A DNA stretch of 64,000 bases from Vermamoeba vermiformis (Eukaryota). Under the pieces are notes generated by a model. The model was not told the DNA's origin. It saw only the letters and a list, made by a program, of their open reading frames with translations, and did no database searches. Shown here piece after piece: positions 63,224 to 64,000 of this stretch. Numbering within the stretch: position 1 is the stretch's first letter; each line of letters begins with the position of its first letter. The position numbers were made by a program, and so were the translations under genes. The stretch spans positions 186,001 through 250,000 of the forward strand of contig JBEWZL010000013.1 in assembly GCA_045837725.1 (NCBI GenBank), read 5' to 3'.

Positions 63224-64000
63224 TTATTTCTTGGCTACAGTCTGCCCAGCTTGAGCGAGCACGAACCACTCGTTGCGGCACTTGACAGCATGACGTCGCA
63301 CGAGTCGTTTCTTGTCGTCGAGTGCCTTGCTGAGTGCATTGAGCACCGCGCTCTTGAACGGCGCAATCTTGACATAGGCGAACTTGGAGCACTCGGTCAG
63401 GCAGTCGAGCGCTATCACACGCATCTTCATCTCGGGGTGATGCACCGCTAGACGCAGCAGATGCGGCACCATCTGCTCAGCGTGCTCCTCCATGATGCGC
63501 GGCACTTCAATGTTGAGCAAGCAGATGAGTGACACGATGGAGTGCGAGACGGACGACAGATCTGCAGTCGCTGTGCCGGCTGTGAGCTGCGCGGCCATGG
63601 AGTTGAGCGTGTTGAACAGCACGGGCAGTATCGCACTGAGGTCGTTGAGCAGCACATCCACGGGCAGCTGCGACATGAGCTGCGACCAGGCCAGCAGCAC
63701 AATGTTGTAGTGACTCGCAGAGCTCTGTTGACTGGTGGTCATCTCTTTCATCAGCATGGGCACTTCATAGGTGAAGGTCTTCTGTCGGTAGAGCTGCTTC
63801 TTGTTGGGCATGATCTCGTTCAAGGTGATCTCGCGACTCAGCAGCGAGGACTTGACATCTGCGCTGTGTTGGTGCGCGGGCTGTTCGATCAGTTGAATCA
63901 CTGTCACGTGATCGTGTTGCAGCAGGGCACTGAAGTTGAGTGCTGCAAACTGTGCGAGATTGAGATCTGGATTGCGCAACAGACCAATCACGTGCTGCCA
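63224..64000 (-). CDS. MMS19: MMS19/MET18 (CIA targeting complex), C-terminal part, 5'-partial
   Basis: LYRQKTF; MKMRVIALDCL; VLNALSKALDDKKRLVRRHAVKCRNEWF. Confidence 0.92.
   Translation of the reverse strand, partial: WQHVIGLLRNPDLNLAQFAALNFSALLQHDHVTVIQLIEQPAHQHSADVKSSLLSREITLNEIMPNKKQLYRQKTFTYEVPMLMKEMTTSQQSSASHYNIVLLAWSQLMSQLPVDVLLNDLSAILPVLFNTLNSMAAQLTAGTATADLSSVSHSIVSLICLLNIEVPRIMEEHAEQMVPHLLRLAVHHPEMKMRVIALDCLTECSKFAYVKIAPFKSAVLNALSKALDDKKRLVRRHAVKCRNEWFVLAQAGQTVAKK

Overview
Gene-dense eukaryotic (protist) genomic DNA with about 28 intron-rich protein-coding genes, mostly short introns (about 35-240 nt) and very short intergenic spacers, many of them head-to-head. A cortexillin-type CH domain points to an amoebozoan host, and a canonical AT-AC U12 intron argues against Dictyostelium or Entamoeba (inference). 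I assembled gene models by hand from splice signals, and family calls rest on remembered motifs, not database searches. Recognisable genes: nucleoredoxin/tryparedoxin-like, PP2C, GCN2-like kinase, GPR107-like, RPL15, DPM2, Furry/Tao3, deoxynucleoside kinase, clathrin light chain, SEC13, PP2A B'', NIPA/ZC3HC1, METTL16, LIN9/ALY and MMS19 (partial). The most unusual objects: (1) an F-box fused to a full-length but catalytically degenerate eEF1A-like protein (5641-7843, minus), a candidate SCF adaptor built on a translation-factor scaffold; (2) a divergent uL11/RPL12 paralog fused to an acidic linker and CCCH zinc finger; (3) a PH-HMA fusion; (4) a ~400-aa expanded Pam16 whose ATG appears split by an intron; (5) a GCN2 lacking RWD and pseudokinase domains; (6) a U12 AT-AC intron beside a 14-nt microexon; (7) a ~3.8-kb decayed, intron-bearing relic with an inverted internal duplicate. 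No rRNA, tRNA or CRISPR was seen.
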